From Bacteroidota bacterium (GTDB lineage: Bacteria > Bacteroidota > Ignavibacteria > Ignavibacteriales > Melioribacteraceae): 64,000 nt of DNA. Shown here in pieces: positions 38,529-48,056 of this stretch. The first letter of the stretch is position 1; every line of letters starts with the position of its first letter. The position numbers and the translations under genes were made by a program. The notes below the pieces were generated by a model, which saw nothing but the letters and a program-made list of their open reading frames with translations, was not told where the DNA came from and searched no databases. The stretch lies in assembly GCA_040755055.1 (NCBI GenBank), contig JBFMBS010000007.1, positions 27,444-91,443 on the forward strand. The letters are read 5' to 3'.

Positions 38529-39545
38529 ATGAAGTTTCATACAATTCGAATAACTGCCGCTGCGATTCTATTGCTTGCACAACCGGCAATTCTTTTTGCA
38601 CAAAGCGGAATAGAGCCATATAAGATAGAAAGAACGGGACAATCAGGATGGCAGTTTTTAAAGATCAACGGGGATGCACGCCAAGCCGCACTTGGAAATT
38701 CTTACACAGCATTAGCAGAAGGCGATGCAAATTCCGTGTTCGGAAATCCGGCTGCAATTGTGAACGTGAAAAATGTTGATGTTGCTTTGAATAGAACAAA
38801 CTGGATTGCCGATATCGGTTATCAATCAATTGCAGTCGTAAAAAATTTTGAAGGGATCGGTGTGGTCGGAATCAGCATTGCAAATATTGATTACGGCGAC
38901 ATTCCCGAAACAATTAATAGTCCCATCTCCGGCGAGAACAGAACAGAAACCGTAGTTACCGGCAATACTTTTACGGCAACAGATATTGCAGTTGGCATAA
39001 CATACGCGCGAAGTATAACCGATCGTCTTTCTGTTGGCGGCAGCATTCGCTGGATGAGAGAAAGTATTGCAGATGTAAGTATGAACAACTGGTCGCTCGA
39101 TATCGGCACGTTGTTTTACACGGGATTCAGAAGTTTAAGAATCGGTTTCTCAGCCAGAAATTTTGGACCCGATTCACATTTAATCGGCTTCAATGAAGAG
39201 TTGCAATCCGAGCCGCAAGATATCAAGATGCCTCTCGATTTCCGGCTCGGCGTTGCAATGGATTTTTTCGACGAACCGGAGAGCAAAAATTTATTGACTG
39301 TTTCTTTTGACGGCAATCATCCGAATGACGGTACCGAAAAATTCCGTGTTGGAGTTGAATACACTTTCAACAAAATATTTTCTGTGCGTGCCGGCTACAA
39401 ATTCAATTACGATGAAGAGAATTTTACATTCGGCGCCGGTATCGAATACCCGGTTTACGATTACAAATTATCCGTGCATTACGCGTATGTCGATTTCGGA
39501 ATACTTGAGCAAGTACACATGTTCACGGTTGGTTTCTCTTTGTGA
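38529..39545 (+). CDS. PorV/PorQ-family outer-membrane beta-barrel protein
   Basis: The signal peptide is followed by SGWQFLKINGDARQAALGNSYTALAEGDANSVFGNPAAI, the characteristic PorV-family N-terminus. Alternating beta-strand pattern. C-terminal ..FTVGFSL. Confidence 0.65.
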   Translation: MKFHTIRITAAAILLLAQPAILFAQSGIEPYKIERTGQSGWQFLKINGDARQAALGNSYTALAEGDANSVFGNPAAIVNVKNVDVALNRTNWIADIGYQSIAVVKNFEGIGVVGISIANIDYGDIPETINSPISGENRTETVVTGNTFTATDIAVGITYARSITDRLSVGGSIRWMRESIADVSMNNWSLDIGTLFYTGFRSLRIGFSARNFGPDSHLIGFNEELQSEPQDIKMPLDFRLGVAMDFFDEPESKNLLTVSFDGNHPNDGTEKFRVGVEYTFNKIFSVRAGYKFNYDEENFTFGAGIEYPVYDYKLSVHYAYVDFGILEQVHMFTVGFSL

Positions 39546-39560
39546 TCAATTAGAAAAATT

Positions 39561-40325
39561 ATGAACACTCACTCAATGAAAAACAGATTTGTAATAATTC
39601 TATTATTAGCGATGATAAGCTGTTCGAACTCGGATGACGTTACGAAACCCGGAACAACAGAGAAAGCTTTTCAAGCAGAAGTCCGCGATTCGGAAGGATA
39701 TAATTTTCTTTTGTTCATGCCTGAAAATGAATCGCAAAAAGTAGAAGGCAAGTATCCAACAATTTTATTTCTTCATGGAATTGGCGAACGCGGAAACGAT
39801 CTTCAAATTTTGAAAAAGGAAGGGCTGCCAAAAATTTTGGACGGCGACAAAAATTTCCCCTTCATAGTTATTTCTCCGCAATGCCCTTCAACGACCGAAT
39901 GGTATTACACAAACGAAGATAATGTTCGTGCACTCAATAGTATGCTCGATGATGCGGTCAAAAGATTTCCGATCGATACAAACAGAATTTATATCACGGG
40001 TTTAAGTATGGGCGGAATCGGGACGTGGTACTTTGCAATTAAATCGCCACACAGATTTGCGGCAATGGCTCCGATTGCATTCCGCGGCGACGGATGGAGT
40101 CCGTGTCCGGCAAATAAAATTCCGGCATGGGCATTTCACGGTGAGCGCGATAATATTATTCCGGTTTCATCGGCACAAAGTATTGTCAATCAATTTAAAG
40201 AGTGCGGCGGAAAAATTGATTTCACAATTTATCCCGATTTATCTCACGATTGCTGGACACGCACTTATAACAATCCGGAATTGTACACATGGTTTTTAAA
40301 ACATAATAAACAAAATCTCAACTGA
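39561..40325 (+). CDS. Alpha/beta-hydrolase esterase lipoprotein (phospholipase/carboxylesterase-like)
   Basis: Lipobox LLLAMISCS. LFLHGIGERGND. Nucleophile elbow GLSMGG. Later HGERDNIIP and SHD could supply the Asp and His of the triad. Confidence 0.7.
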   Translation: MNTHSMKNRFVIILLLAMISCSNSDDVTKPGTTEKAFQAEVRDSEGYNFLLFMPENESQKVEGKYPTILFLHGIGERGNDLQILKKEGLPKILDGDKNFPFIVISPQCPSTTEWYYTNEDNVRALNSMLDDAVKRFPIDTNRIYITGLSMGGIGTWYFAIKSPHRFAAMAPIAFRGDGWSPCPANKIPAWAFHGERDNIIPVSSAQSIVNQFKECGGKIDFTIYPDLSHDCWTRTYNNPELYTWFLKHNKQNLN

Positions 40326-40351
40326 AATATTCTCAATGAGGTTACTGTAAC

Positions 40352-41293
40352 ATGAGCGGTAAAATTGTTGTTGTTGGAAGTTCGAACACGGATTTAACAA
40401 TTAAGATGAACAAACTCCCTAAGCTTGGCGAGACGGTCATCGGAAAGGATTACGTAAAATCACTTGGCGGCAAAGGTGCAAATCAAGCAGTGGCTACCGC
40501 ACGAGCCGGTGCATCGGTAACATTTATTACTAAAATGGGAAACGATGAATTCGGGAACGAAGCATTAAAAAGTTTTGACGGCGAAGGCATCAATACAAAA
40601 AATATTTTGATCGATGAAAAATCCAAATCGGGTCTTGCAATGATTTGGGTTGATAGCGACGGCGAAAATTCGATTGCAGTTGCATCCGGTGCAAATGCTA
40701 ATTTGTCTGCGGCGGAGATAATTGAAAAAAGTGATGAAATAAAAAGTGCTTCCATTTTGCTAACCCAGCTCGAAATACCTTTTGAAACTGTGAAGAGTGC
40801 CATCGACATTGCGCATCAAAATAATGTTAGAGTAATTCTTAATCCGGCGCCGGCTTACGTCTTGCCGGAGGACTTGCTTGCAAAGATAAATATCATCACA
40901 CCGAACATTTATGAATTGGAAACACTAACCGGAGTTAAATCTAACGATGCAAATGATATAAAATATGCGGCGAAGCTGCTTCATTCAAAGGGAATTGAAC
41001 AAGTGATTGTTACTTGCGGAAGCAAAGGATCATATCTCTTCAACAAGAATGAATTTGTTCATCTTCCGCCGTTTAGTGTTGATGCAGTTGATACAACCGC
41101 CGCCGGAGATATTCTAAACGGTGCATTTGCTGCGGCTCTGCTTGAAAACAAAACTATAAAAGAAGCTCTCGTTTTTGCGAGTGCCGCGGCAGCAATTTCG
41201 GTTACACAAATGGGTGCTCAAATTTCTGCACCGCACAAAAATCAGATTCTCGAATTCCTCGCAAAAAGATCGATGGAGGTTTCATTACAATAA
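40352..41293 (+). CDS. rbsK: Ribokinase (PfkB family)
   Basis: VVGSSNTDL, GGKGANQAVA and the C-terminal DTTAAGDILNGAFAAAL (PfkB signature 2, anion hole), with ribokinase-typical length and order. Confidence 0.85.
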   Translation: MSGKIVVVGSSNTDLTIKMNKLPKLGETVIGKDYVKSLGGKGANQAVATARAGASVTFITKMGNDEFGNEALKSFDGEGINTKNILIDEKSKSGLAMIWVDSDGENSIAVASGANANLSAAEIIEKSDEIKSASILLTQLEIPFETVKSAIDIAHQNNVRVILNPAPAYVLPEDLLAKINIITPNIYELETLTGVKSNDANDIKYAAKLLHSKGIEQVIVTCGSKGSYLFNKNEFVHLPPFSVDAVDTTAAGDILNGAFAAALLENKTIKEALVFASAAAAISVTQMGAQISAPHKNQILEFLAKRSMEVSLQ

Positions 41294-41333
41294 ATAAGCA
41301 GTCATCATAAAAAAATATGTAGAGGGAGGTCGT

Positions 41334-43481
41334 ATGAAATTTAAGAAACAGTTTTTGAACATTTCGCTACTTTTTGTTCTTCTTCCTTTTTTCGGATTGA
41401 AGGCACAAGAGGTAAACAACATGACTTTGCTCGGCAACTTCGGCAAAGGCGAAGGGCAATGCAAAGCCGTGTTTGCGCTCGGCACACTGACCTATTACAG
41501 TGTCGGGGAAAAATTTAAGATTGCCGATTTCACCACTCCGGCTCAGCCGGTAAATCTTGGCAGTTTAACTCTCGATGCTGTCATCGAAGATTTAGTCCGC
41601 TCCGGAAATTATGCTTACATGATTGCCGGCAATAAAGTTTATATCGCAAATGTTCAGAACCCAACGAATATTTCTCTTGCCGGAAATTTTTCGTTTACCG
41701 GTTACGGTGAAGGGATCGCAACAAAATCAACTTACGTTTATGTTGCTGCCGGAGACGGCGGCTTGAGAATAATTGATGCGTCAACTCCTTCATCGCCGGT
41801 TGAAATTGCTGCAGTCGATACAATCGGTTATTCTGAAAATGTTTCCGTCGGCGGAAATTACGCATACGTTGCAACCGGTGCAAAAGTAAGAATAATTGAT
41901 ATCTCGAATCCGGCTTCGCCGGTTTACGTTGGCGAAATCGGAAGTCCGGCGGATTATTATCAAAGTGTTACTGTTCGCGGAAGCTACGCATACATTTGCG
42001 ATTACAGTGTTGCACTTCGGATTGTGAACATTTCTAATCCGGCTTCACCCGTTGTTGTCAGCGATTTCCCGACCGGTTCAAGAACCACGCGTGTTCAACT
42101 CGACGGCAATTATGCGTACATTGCCAACGGCGATTCAATAAAAATAGTTGATGTAACTGATCCGGCTTCTCCGAAAAAAGCCGGTGCTCTCGCAATGACT
42201 GAAAGGGCAGTCAGCGTTTGGGTTGGCGTTAATCAATTATTTGTTGCCGATAGAAATTCGGGACTCAAATGTGTTGACATTTCCAATCCGTCATCACCAT
42301 CGTTAACAAGTTCAATCAATGTTGTTCCTTCCGCATCGGGAAGTGCTTACGGAGTTTTTGCTGCCGATAATAAAGCATACGTTGCTTACGGCTCATCCGG
42401 TTTACGAATTGTTGATGTTACAAATGCAAGTTTGCCAAACTTGCTTGGGGAAATTTCTTTGAGCGGCGATTCACGGCAAGTTGCTGTTAAAGGAAACTAT
42501 GCATACGTTGCTGCACGCGACGGCGGTGTTCATGTTGTTGATGTTTCAAATCCTTCATCTCCAGTTGCCGTAAAAAAAATTGAAACACCTCGTGCAAGAG
42601 GAATTACAATCGGCGGAAATTATGTTTACGTTGCTGCAAGTGATTCCGGCATGGCAATTATTGATGTTACCGATCCGGCAAATCCAAATTGGGTAAAAAG
42701 TGCAACGGCAAGTTACGGAGAAGGTGTTGCTGTTTCGGGGAATGTTGCCGCTGTTACTGATTACTCCAACATAAAATTGTACGACATCACAAATCCAACT
42801 GCGCCGGTACTAAAAGGTGAAACCGGTTCATTAACAAGCGGAACAGCTGGAATGACAATCTCCGACAATTATCTTTATGTGCCGGATTTTGATACGCTGA
42901 AAATTTTTGACATCTCAAATCTCGATGCACCGGTAAAAGTATCTTCGGTTTATTGCGGTGCAAGCTGGGACGGCTCTGTTGTTATCGAAGGGAAATATGC
43001 TTACGTAGCCGCAGAAGAATACGGAGTTCGTGTTTTCGATATTACTAATCCACTCGCACCGGTTGAAGCGGCATATTACAAAAGTTCTTCATCTGCACGC
43101 GGATTAACCGTGAGCAGCGGTTTGGTTTTTGTAGCGCAGAAAACAGACGGAATGACAATCTATAAAAATGATTTGGTCACAGATGTTGAAGATGAAACGT
43201 CAACAATTCCTTCTTCGTTCGAATTGATGCAGAATTACCCGAACCCGTTCAACCCGGAAACAACAATTGAGTTCCGAGTTGTGAGTTACGAGTTTGTAAG
43301 TTTAAAAGTCTTTGATATTTTAGGTAGAGAAGTTGCAACACTTGTTAATGAGTACAAATCTCCGGGCAGATATTTTGCAAAACTTTCGGCAGATAAATTG
43401 CATTTGGCAAGTGGAATTTATTTTTACAGATTCCAAGCCGGTTCTTATTCGGATATTAAAAAACTTATCTTGATGAAATAA
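41334..43481 (+). CDS. LVIVD-repeat beta-propeller protein with T9SS sorting domain
   Basis: About 12 repeats of G.YAYVA....GL+I+D+SNP..P. The tail has MQNYPNPFNPETTIEF...GIYFYRFQAG. Confidence 0.75.
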   Translation: MKFKKQFLNISLLFVLLPFFGLKAQEVNNMTLLGNFGKGEGQCKAVFALGTLTYYSVGEKFKIADFTTPAQPVNLGSLTLDAVIEDLVRSGNYAYMIAGNKVYIANVQNPTNISLAGNFSFTGYGEGIATKSTYVYVAAGDGGLRIIDASTPSSPVEIAAVDTIGYSENVSVGGNYAYVATGAKVRIIDISNPASPVYVGEIGSPADYYQSVTVRGSYAYICDYSVALRIVNISNPASPVVVSDFPTGSRTTRVQLDGNYAYIANGDSIKIVDVTDPASPKKAGALAMTERAVSVWVGVNQLFVADRNSGLKCVDISNPSSPSLTSSINVVPSASGSAYGVFAADNKAYVAYGSSGLRIVDVTNASLPNLLGEISLSGDSRQVAVKGNYAYVAARDGGVHVVDVSNPSSPVAVKKIETPRARGITIGGNYVYVAASDSGMAIIDVTDPANPNWVKSATASYGEGVAVSGNVAAVTDYSNIKLYDITNPTAPVLKGETGSLTSGTAGMTISDNYLYVPDFDTLKIFDISNLDAPVKVSSVYCGASWDGSVVIEGKYAYVAAEEYGVRVFDITNPLAPVEAAYYKSSSSARGLTVSSGLVFVAQKTDGMTIYKNDLVTDVEDETSTIPSSFELMQNYPNPFNPETTIEFRVVSYEFVSLKVFDILGREVATLVNEYKSPGRYFAKLSADKLHLASGIYFYRFQAGSYSDIKKLILMK

Positions 43482-43489
43482 TTTAAAGC

Positions 43490-43593
43490 GGTTGTCTCAG
43501 AAGTATATCTTTTTAAAGAATAGCACGCGGATAAAAACTGATTTAAACGGATTAACGCAGATTTTAAATTGAACAATTACTTCTGAGACAACC
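43490..43593. repeat. 16-bp perfect inverted repeat enclosing 72 bp (MITE/REP-like element)
   Basis: ggttgtctcagaagta (43490-43505) and tacttctgagacaacc (43578-43593). It lies between the LVIVD gene and the first ABC permease. Confidence 0.7.
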
Positions 43594-43603
43594 TCGGATA
43601 ATT

Positions 43604-43619
43604 TGACAAACGATTGAGC
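43604..43619 (+). promoter_or_regulatory. Possible second LacI-type operator half-degenerate site (tgaCAAACGATTGagc)
   Basis: Matches the CAAACGTTTG core of 32441-32458 at 9 of 10 positions. It overlaps the TTG start of the first ABC permease. Confidence 0.25.
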
Positions 43620-44504
43620 GAAAAGAAAAAAAATATTTTTGAGCACAACGGGCAGTTGAAACTTTTGCTGCCCGTTTTGATACCCGTGATAATTTTATCG
43701 ATCCTTCCGATACTTCGCGGAATTTATCTCGGTTTTACCGATTACCGTCTCGGCTCGGAAATAAAATTTAATTTCTTCGATAATTATCTCTACATGCTCA
43801 ACGATAGATATTTCTGGAAGTCTTTCCGAATCGGTTTCATCTGGACTTTCGCGGTTACATCCGGACAAATTGTTTTGGGTTTGGGTCTCGCTTTATTGTT
43901 GAATGAAAAACTGAAATTAAATTCAATCACGCGCGTACTAATTTTAGTTCCGTGGGCGATGCCGCCGGTTATCCGCGGAATTTTGTGGCGGCTTATGTAT
44001 GAAATTGACACCGGCGTTTTTAATAATCTTTTTTTGAGCTGGGGGATTATCGGTCAGCCGGTTAATTGGCTCAACAGTTTTGATTACACTGTTCCTTCAA
44101 TAATTATTACCGGAATTTGGGGCGAGATGCCGAAAGCCGCTGTCTTTTTATTGGCGGGACTCAAAACAATTCCAAAAGATTTGTACGAGTCTGCGCATCT
44201 CGACGGCGCGAATGCATGGCAGTCGTTCCGCAACATCACATTGCCGGTGCTCAAACCGATAATTGCGGCGACTGTATCGCTTGCGTTCATGTGGAATTTT
44301 AATGCGTTCGGTTCGATATGGGTTTTAACTCAAGGCGGTCCCGGAGGATTGACACGCTTGCCGATGCTTGCCGCATACGAAGAAGCTTTTAGATACGGCA
44401 ATGTTGGCTACGCCGCGGCAATCGGAAACATAATGGTAATTGCGATTGCAGTTGTTCTCTATTTTTATCTACGGAAACAATTTAAAGAAAGAATTTCTTC
44501 GTAA
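43614..44504 (+). CDS. Carbohydrate ABC transporter permease (CUT1, MalF/UgpA-like)
   Basis: Six TM segments with the EAA-loop region LYESAHLDGANAWQSFRNITLPVLKP. Confidence 0.85.
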   Translation: MSEKKKNIFEHNGQLKLLLPVLIPVIILSILPILRGIYLGFTDYRLGSEIKFNFFDNYLYMLNDRYFWKSFRIGFIWTFAVTSGQIVLGLGLALLLNEKLKLNSITRVLILVPWAMPPVIRGILWRLMYEIDTGVFNNLFLSWGIIGQPVNWLNSFDYTVPSIIITGIWGEMPKAAVFLLAGLKTIPKDLYESAHLDGANAWQSFRNITLPVLKPIIAATVSLAFMWNFNAFGSIWVLTQGGPGGLTRLPMLAAYEEAFRYGNVGYAAAIGNIMVIAIAVVLYFYLRKQFKERISS

Positions 44505-44587
44505 CTGAAGTTACGAAGAATCCAAATTTGGATACTTTTAATTGCCATGACATTTAGAGGTAGTGTGAAAATTATAGATAAACATTT

Positions 44588-44685
44588 GAACTCATCCCCC
44601 GCCCCCTTCTCTTAAAAAGAGAAGGGGTGCTCACGCAAGTTTTTAAAAGTCCCTCTCTTTTTAAGAGAGGATTTAGGGTGAGTTC
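44588..44685. repeat. ~98-bp element with terminal inverted repeats and two internal GC-rich hairpins
   Basis: Ends: gaactcatccc / agggtgagttc. Hairpins: ccccttctctt-aaa-aagagaagggg and cctctctt-ttt-aagagagg. It sits between the two permease genes of one apparent operon. Confidence 0.7.
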
Positions 44686-44771
44686 GCTTTTGATTTTGAA
44701 TTATCACACGGACTTTGAAGCTCGCGCCAATTAAAAACATAATTTGCATAACTTCAGTTAGTAAGGAAAGT

Positions 44772-45608
44772 ATGAACAGCAAAAAGAAAATTATGAAATG
44801 GGTGAAGATATTTTTGTTGATGCTCTACGTTTTGTTTCTAACGTTTCCACTGATATGGGCTTTGTCGTTGTCGTTCAAATCAACTGCAGAAATTTTTTCG
44901 GGCGAAGTAAATCTTATTCCAAAATCTCCAACATTAATTCAGTACGAAACTGTTTTTACCGAGCAGACAATTTTCAACAGCATGTTCAATAGTTTTCAAG
45001 CCGGGGTTATTTCAACAATAATTGTTTTGATAATTTCACTTCCGGCAGCGTATGCAATCACGCGTTACAAATCTGCAATCAACAAATTTTTTATGGGATG
45101 GATTTTAACTTCGCAAGTTTTCCCGGTAATAATCGTGATGATTCCTTTGTACATAATTTTACGAACAATGGGATTGACCGATTCGATATTGGGATTAAGT
45201 TTGGTGTATGTTGTGTGGTCGCTTCCGTTTGTGCTGTGGATGCTTCAAGGATACATCAAAGGAATTCCGGTTGAACTCGAAGAAGCCGCATCGATTGACG
45301 GCGCGACGAGATCGCAAATAATTTTTAAAGTGATAACACCGCTGCTTCTTCCGGCAATCGGTGCTTCGGCATTGTTTACTTTTATTTCTGCATGGAATGA
45401 ATTTTTCTTTGCGCTTGTGCTGATGAAAAGCCAAGAATTGATTACGCTTCCGGTCGATCTCGCGCGGTTCACCGGGATGGAAGGGCAAGCAAGATTGGGT
45501 CCGCTTGCCGCTGCAAGTATAATCTCAACAATTCCATCGCTTGTATTGTTCGGTTTTCTCCAAAAATTTTTCTCGGAAGGTTTGCTTGCCGGGGCGGTAA
45601 AAGAATAG
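44772..45608 (+). CDS. Carbohydrate ABC transporter permease (CUT1, MalG/UgpE-like)
   Basis: EAA loop: LEEAASIDGATRSQIIFKVITPLLLP. The start was set at the ATG preceded by AGGAAAG. The upstream ORF-track extension runs toward the repeat element. Confidence 0.85.
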   Translation: MNSKKKIMKWVKIFLLMLYVLFLTFPLIWALSLSFKSTAEIFSGEVNLIPKSPTLIQYETVFTEQTIFNSMFNSFQAGVISTIIVLIISLPAAYAITRYKSAINKFFMGWILTSQVFPVIIVMIPLYIILRTMGLTDSILGLSLVYVVWSLPFVLWMLQGYIKGIPVELEEAASIDGATRSQIIFKVITPLLLPAIGASALFTFISAWNEFFFALVLMKSQELITLPVDLARFTGMEGQARLGPLAAASIISTIPSLVLFGFLQKFFSEGLLAGAVKE

Positions 45609-46916
45609 ATGAAAAAATTCTTCTCCATATTGAAAAAATTTTTCTTCCCCGCGTTGATGATTTTTGTTTTTTCTTGTTCGCAAAAAAATGAGCACGACAG
45701 AATTCGTTTTGTTTCGCTTGCATGGCAAGAACAATCGCTCGCTGCAAATAAAGAAATTATTCAAGAATGGAACCGCTTGCATCCCGGTAAAGAAGTGGAA
45801 TATGTTCAAGCGAACTGGACTTCAATTTATGATTACTTGATTACATCTTTTGAAACCGGCGACGTGCCCGATGTTTTCCATTACGAAGCTTCGATGATTA
45901 CCGATTTCGGTTTACGCGGAAACTTAACCGACTTGCGGCAGTATATCAGCGACAGTTTGAAAAATGATATTTATCCTTCCGCGTGGGAATCGGTAACACT
46001 CAACGACGGAAGAATTATCGGCGTGCCGTTCTTTTTCGAATCGCTGATTGTTCTTTACAACAAAGATATTTTTGAAAAAAATAATATCGAACTTCCGACG
46101 CATGAAAAACCGTGGACGTGGAATGAACTTAAGAACACGGCAATAAAACTTACAAAAGATTTTGACCACGACGGCAAAACAGATCAATGGGGCGCGGCAA
46201 TCGGTCTTAAAATTTCGGGCAACATAATTTTGAATTTAACTCTCGGTTTCAGCGGAGGATTTTTTTATAAAGTGGGGAATGAATATAAAGTGAGAATCGA
46301 AGAGCCGGAAAAAAAACTTCTCACGACAATTCATGATATGATTTACGAAGACAAAAGCATGTCGCCCTTTGCCGCAAGCCAGAGCGGGTCGGGACTTGTT
46401 CCGCAATTTTACAACGGTAAGTATGCAATGTTAATCGGAATCGGCACTTGGGCACGCCAGCAAATTGTTGAAAATGCCCCGAAGAATTTTCGTTGGGGCG
46501 TGCTCGAACCGATTAAGGAAATAAATCAAGAGCAAGGATCGAACACACAAACGTTGAGTATTCCGAGCGGATCGAAAAGAAAAAAAGATGCTGCTGAGTT
46601 CATCGAATTTTTCCTCGGCAAAAAAAATCTTGCACGACTCGCACTCAGCGATTGGATGAATCCAACAAGAATTTCTTGCCGCACAATGCCGGAATTTCAA
46701 AACGAAAAACTCGGATGGAAAACTACAATCTCGATGATAGATAATTTAAGAATGGGTCCGTGGCTTCAAGTGCCCGGCTTTTCGGAATGGAAGGGAAGAG
46801 TTGCAAACCCGATTTTTCAAGAATACTTTTCCGGGAGAATGAGTTTTGAAGAAATGCGTAATAGTTTGATCGAAGAGAGCGATTATGTTTTGAGTAGGTA
46901 TAAAATAAGAGATTGA
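45609..46916 (+). CDS. ABC transporter extracellular solute-binding lipoprotein (family 1, sugar type)
   Basis: Lipobox MIFVFSCSQ. 435 aa. Its ATG directly abuts the stop of the upstream permease gene. Typical family-1 SBP size and composition. Substrate unknown. Confidence 0.75.
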   Translation: MKKFFSILKKFFFPALMIFVFSCSQKNEHDRIRFVSLAWQEQSLAANKEIIQEWNRLHPGKEVEYVQANWTSIYDYLITSFETGDVPDVFHYEASMITDFGLRGNLTDLRQYISDSLKNDIYPSAWESVTLNDGRIIGVPFFFESLIVLYNKDIFEKNNIELPTHEKPWTWNELKNTAIKLTKDFDHDGKTDQWGAAIGLKISGNIILNLTLGFSGGFFYKVGNEYKVRIEEPEKKLLTTIHDMIYEDKSMSPFAASQSGSGLVPQFYNGKYAMLIGIGTWARQQIVENAPKNFRWGVLEPIKEINQEQGSNTQTLSIPSGSKRKKDAAEFIEFFLGKKNLARLALSDWMNPTRISCRTMPEFQNEKLGWKTTISMIDNLRMGPWLQVPGFSEWKGRVANPIFQEYFSGRMSFEEMRNSLIEESDYVLSRYKIRD

Positions 46917-47049
46917 AATTACGCAAACGACCAAAAGCATAGCCACGAAGTCACGAATAAATATAAAAGCAGAAATAAATATTGAATTTGCACTTAGTGC
47001 CTTGGTGGCAAAAAAATCACTGCTTGCATAACCACAACAAGAGAAAAAA

Positions 47050-48024
47050 ATGAAACACGATTTTATGGATAAAGCAAAAGGATGTCTCGTTGGTCTTGCA
47101 ATCGGCGATGCACTTGGAATTCATACCGAAGGAAAAACTCCCGACGAGATTAAAAAACAATTTGGTTTTGTTTCGGATTTCCTTTCTGAAAATCCGGCTG
47201 GCAGCGACGATACAGAGTTTGCACTTTTCAATGCACTCATTCTTTTAAAGCACGGAAAGAAAATAGATTCGAAAATTATTGCCGGAGAGTGGAGAGAATT
47301 TATTCTTCCGCACGAAGGAGCGTTTAAAGGCGCGGGCTTCAGCCAAATGATGGCAATTGAAAATCTTAGAAAAGGTTTAGAACCGCCGCAGACCGGAATG
47401 CATGCACACAGTTGGAGCGACGGACTTGCAATGAGGGTTGCGCCGTTCGGAATAATTTTTCCCGGGCAGCCGGAAAAAGCATGTGCACTAACTATTGAAG
47501 ACGGTTCGGTTGATCATTCGGGCGAAGGAATTTATTCTGCGATGGCTGTTGTTTCTGCAATTTCCATGGCGATGATTGATGCGTCACTCGAAAAAATTTT
47601 TGATATGGCGCTCAACTCGATGCCGAAAGATTCTTGGAGTTATAGAGCAATCGTAAAAGGAATTGAAATCGGATCGACCGCATTAAACATGGATGATGCG
47701 CTTGTGAAATTGTACAATGAAATACCGAGCAGTTATTATCATTGGGCGGATGTTGCGCCGGAAGCTGTCGGACTAAGTTTCGGATTGATTGCCGCTTCGA
47801 AAGGAAATTTTTCGGATGCGGTTCTCGGCGGAGTTAATATTGGAAGAGACACCGATACGATTGCCGCAATTGCCGGCGCAATCATCGGTGCCAAAATTGG
47901 ATACGGAATGCTTCCCGAAAAGTGGAGCGGAAAAGTTAAAACCGTAAACGGTAAATGCATCGAAATGGTTAAAGATATTGATCTGGTTTCAATAGCAAGC
48001 AAACTTTCTGAGTTGATTGATTAA
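47050..48024 (+). CDS. ADP-ribosylglycohydrolase-family protein (paralog 1, canonical motifs)
   Basis: GCLVGLAIGDALG near the N-terminus, GSDDTEFAL, and the C-terminal GRDTDTIAAIAGAIIGA. These are the metal-binding motifs of the ARH/DraG fold. Confidence 0.8.
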   Translation: MKHDFMDKAKGCLVGLAIGDALGIHTEGKTPDEIKKQFGFVSDFLSENPAGSDDTEFALFNALILLKHGKKIDSKIIAGEWREFILPHEGAFKGAGFSQMMAIENLRKGLEPPQTGMHAHSWSDGLAMRVAPFGIIFPGQPEKACALTIEDGSVDHSGEGIYSAMAVVSAISMAMIDASLEKIFDMALNSMPKDSWSYRAIVKGIEIGSTALNMDDALVKLYNEIPSSYYHWADVAPEAVGLSFGLIAASKGNFSDAVLGGVNIGRDTDTIAAIAGAIIGAKIGYGMLPEKWSGKVKTVNGKCIEMVKDIDLVSIASKLSELID

Positions 48025-48056
48025 TTATTGTTTTGCAAGCTTTTATTTTTTCTGCC

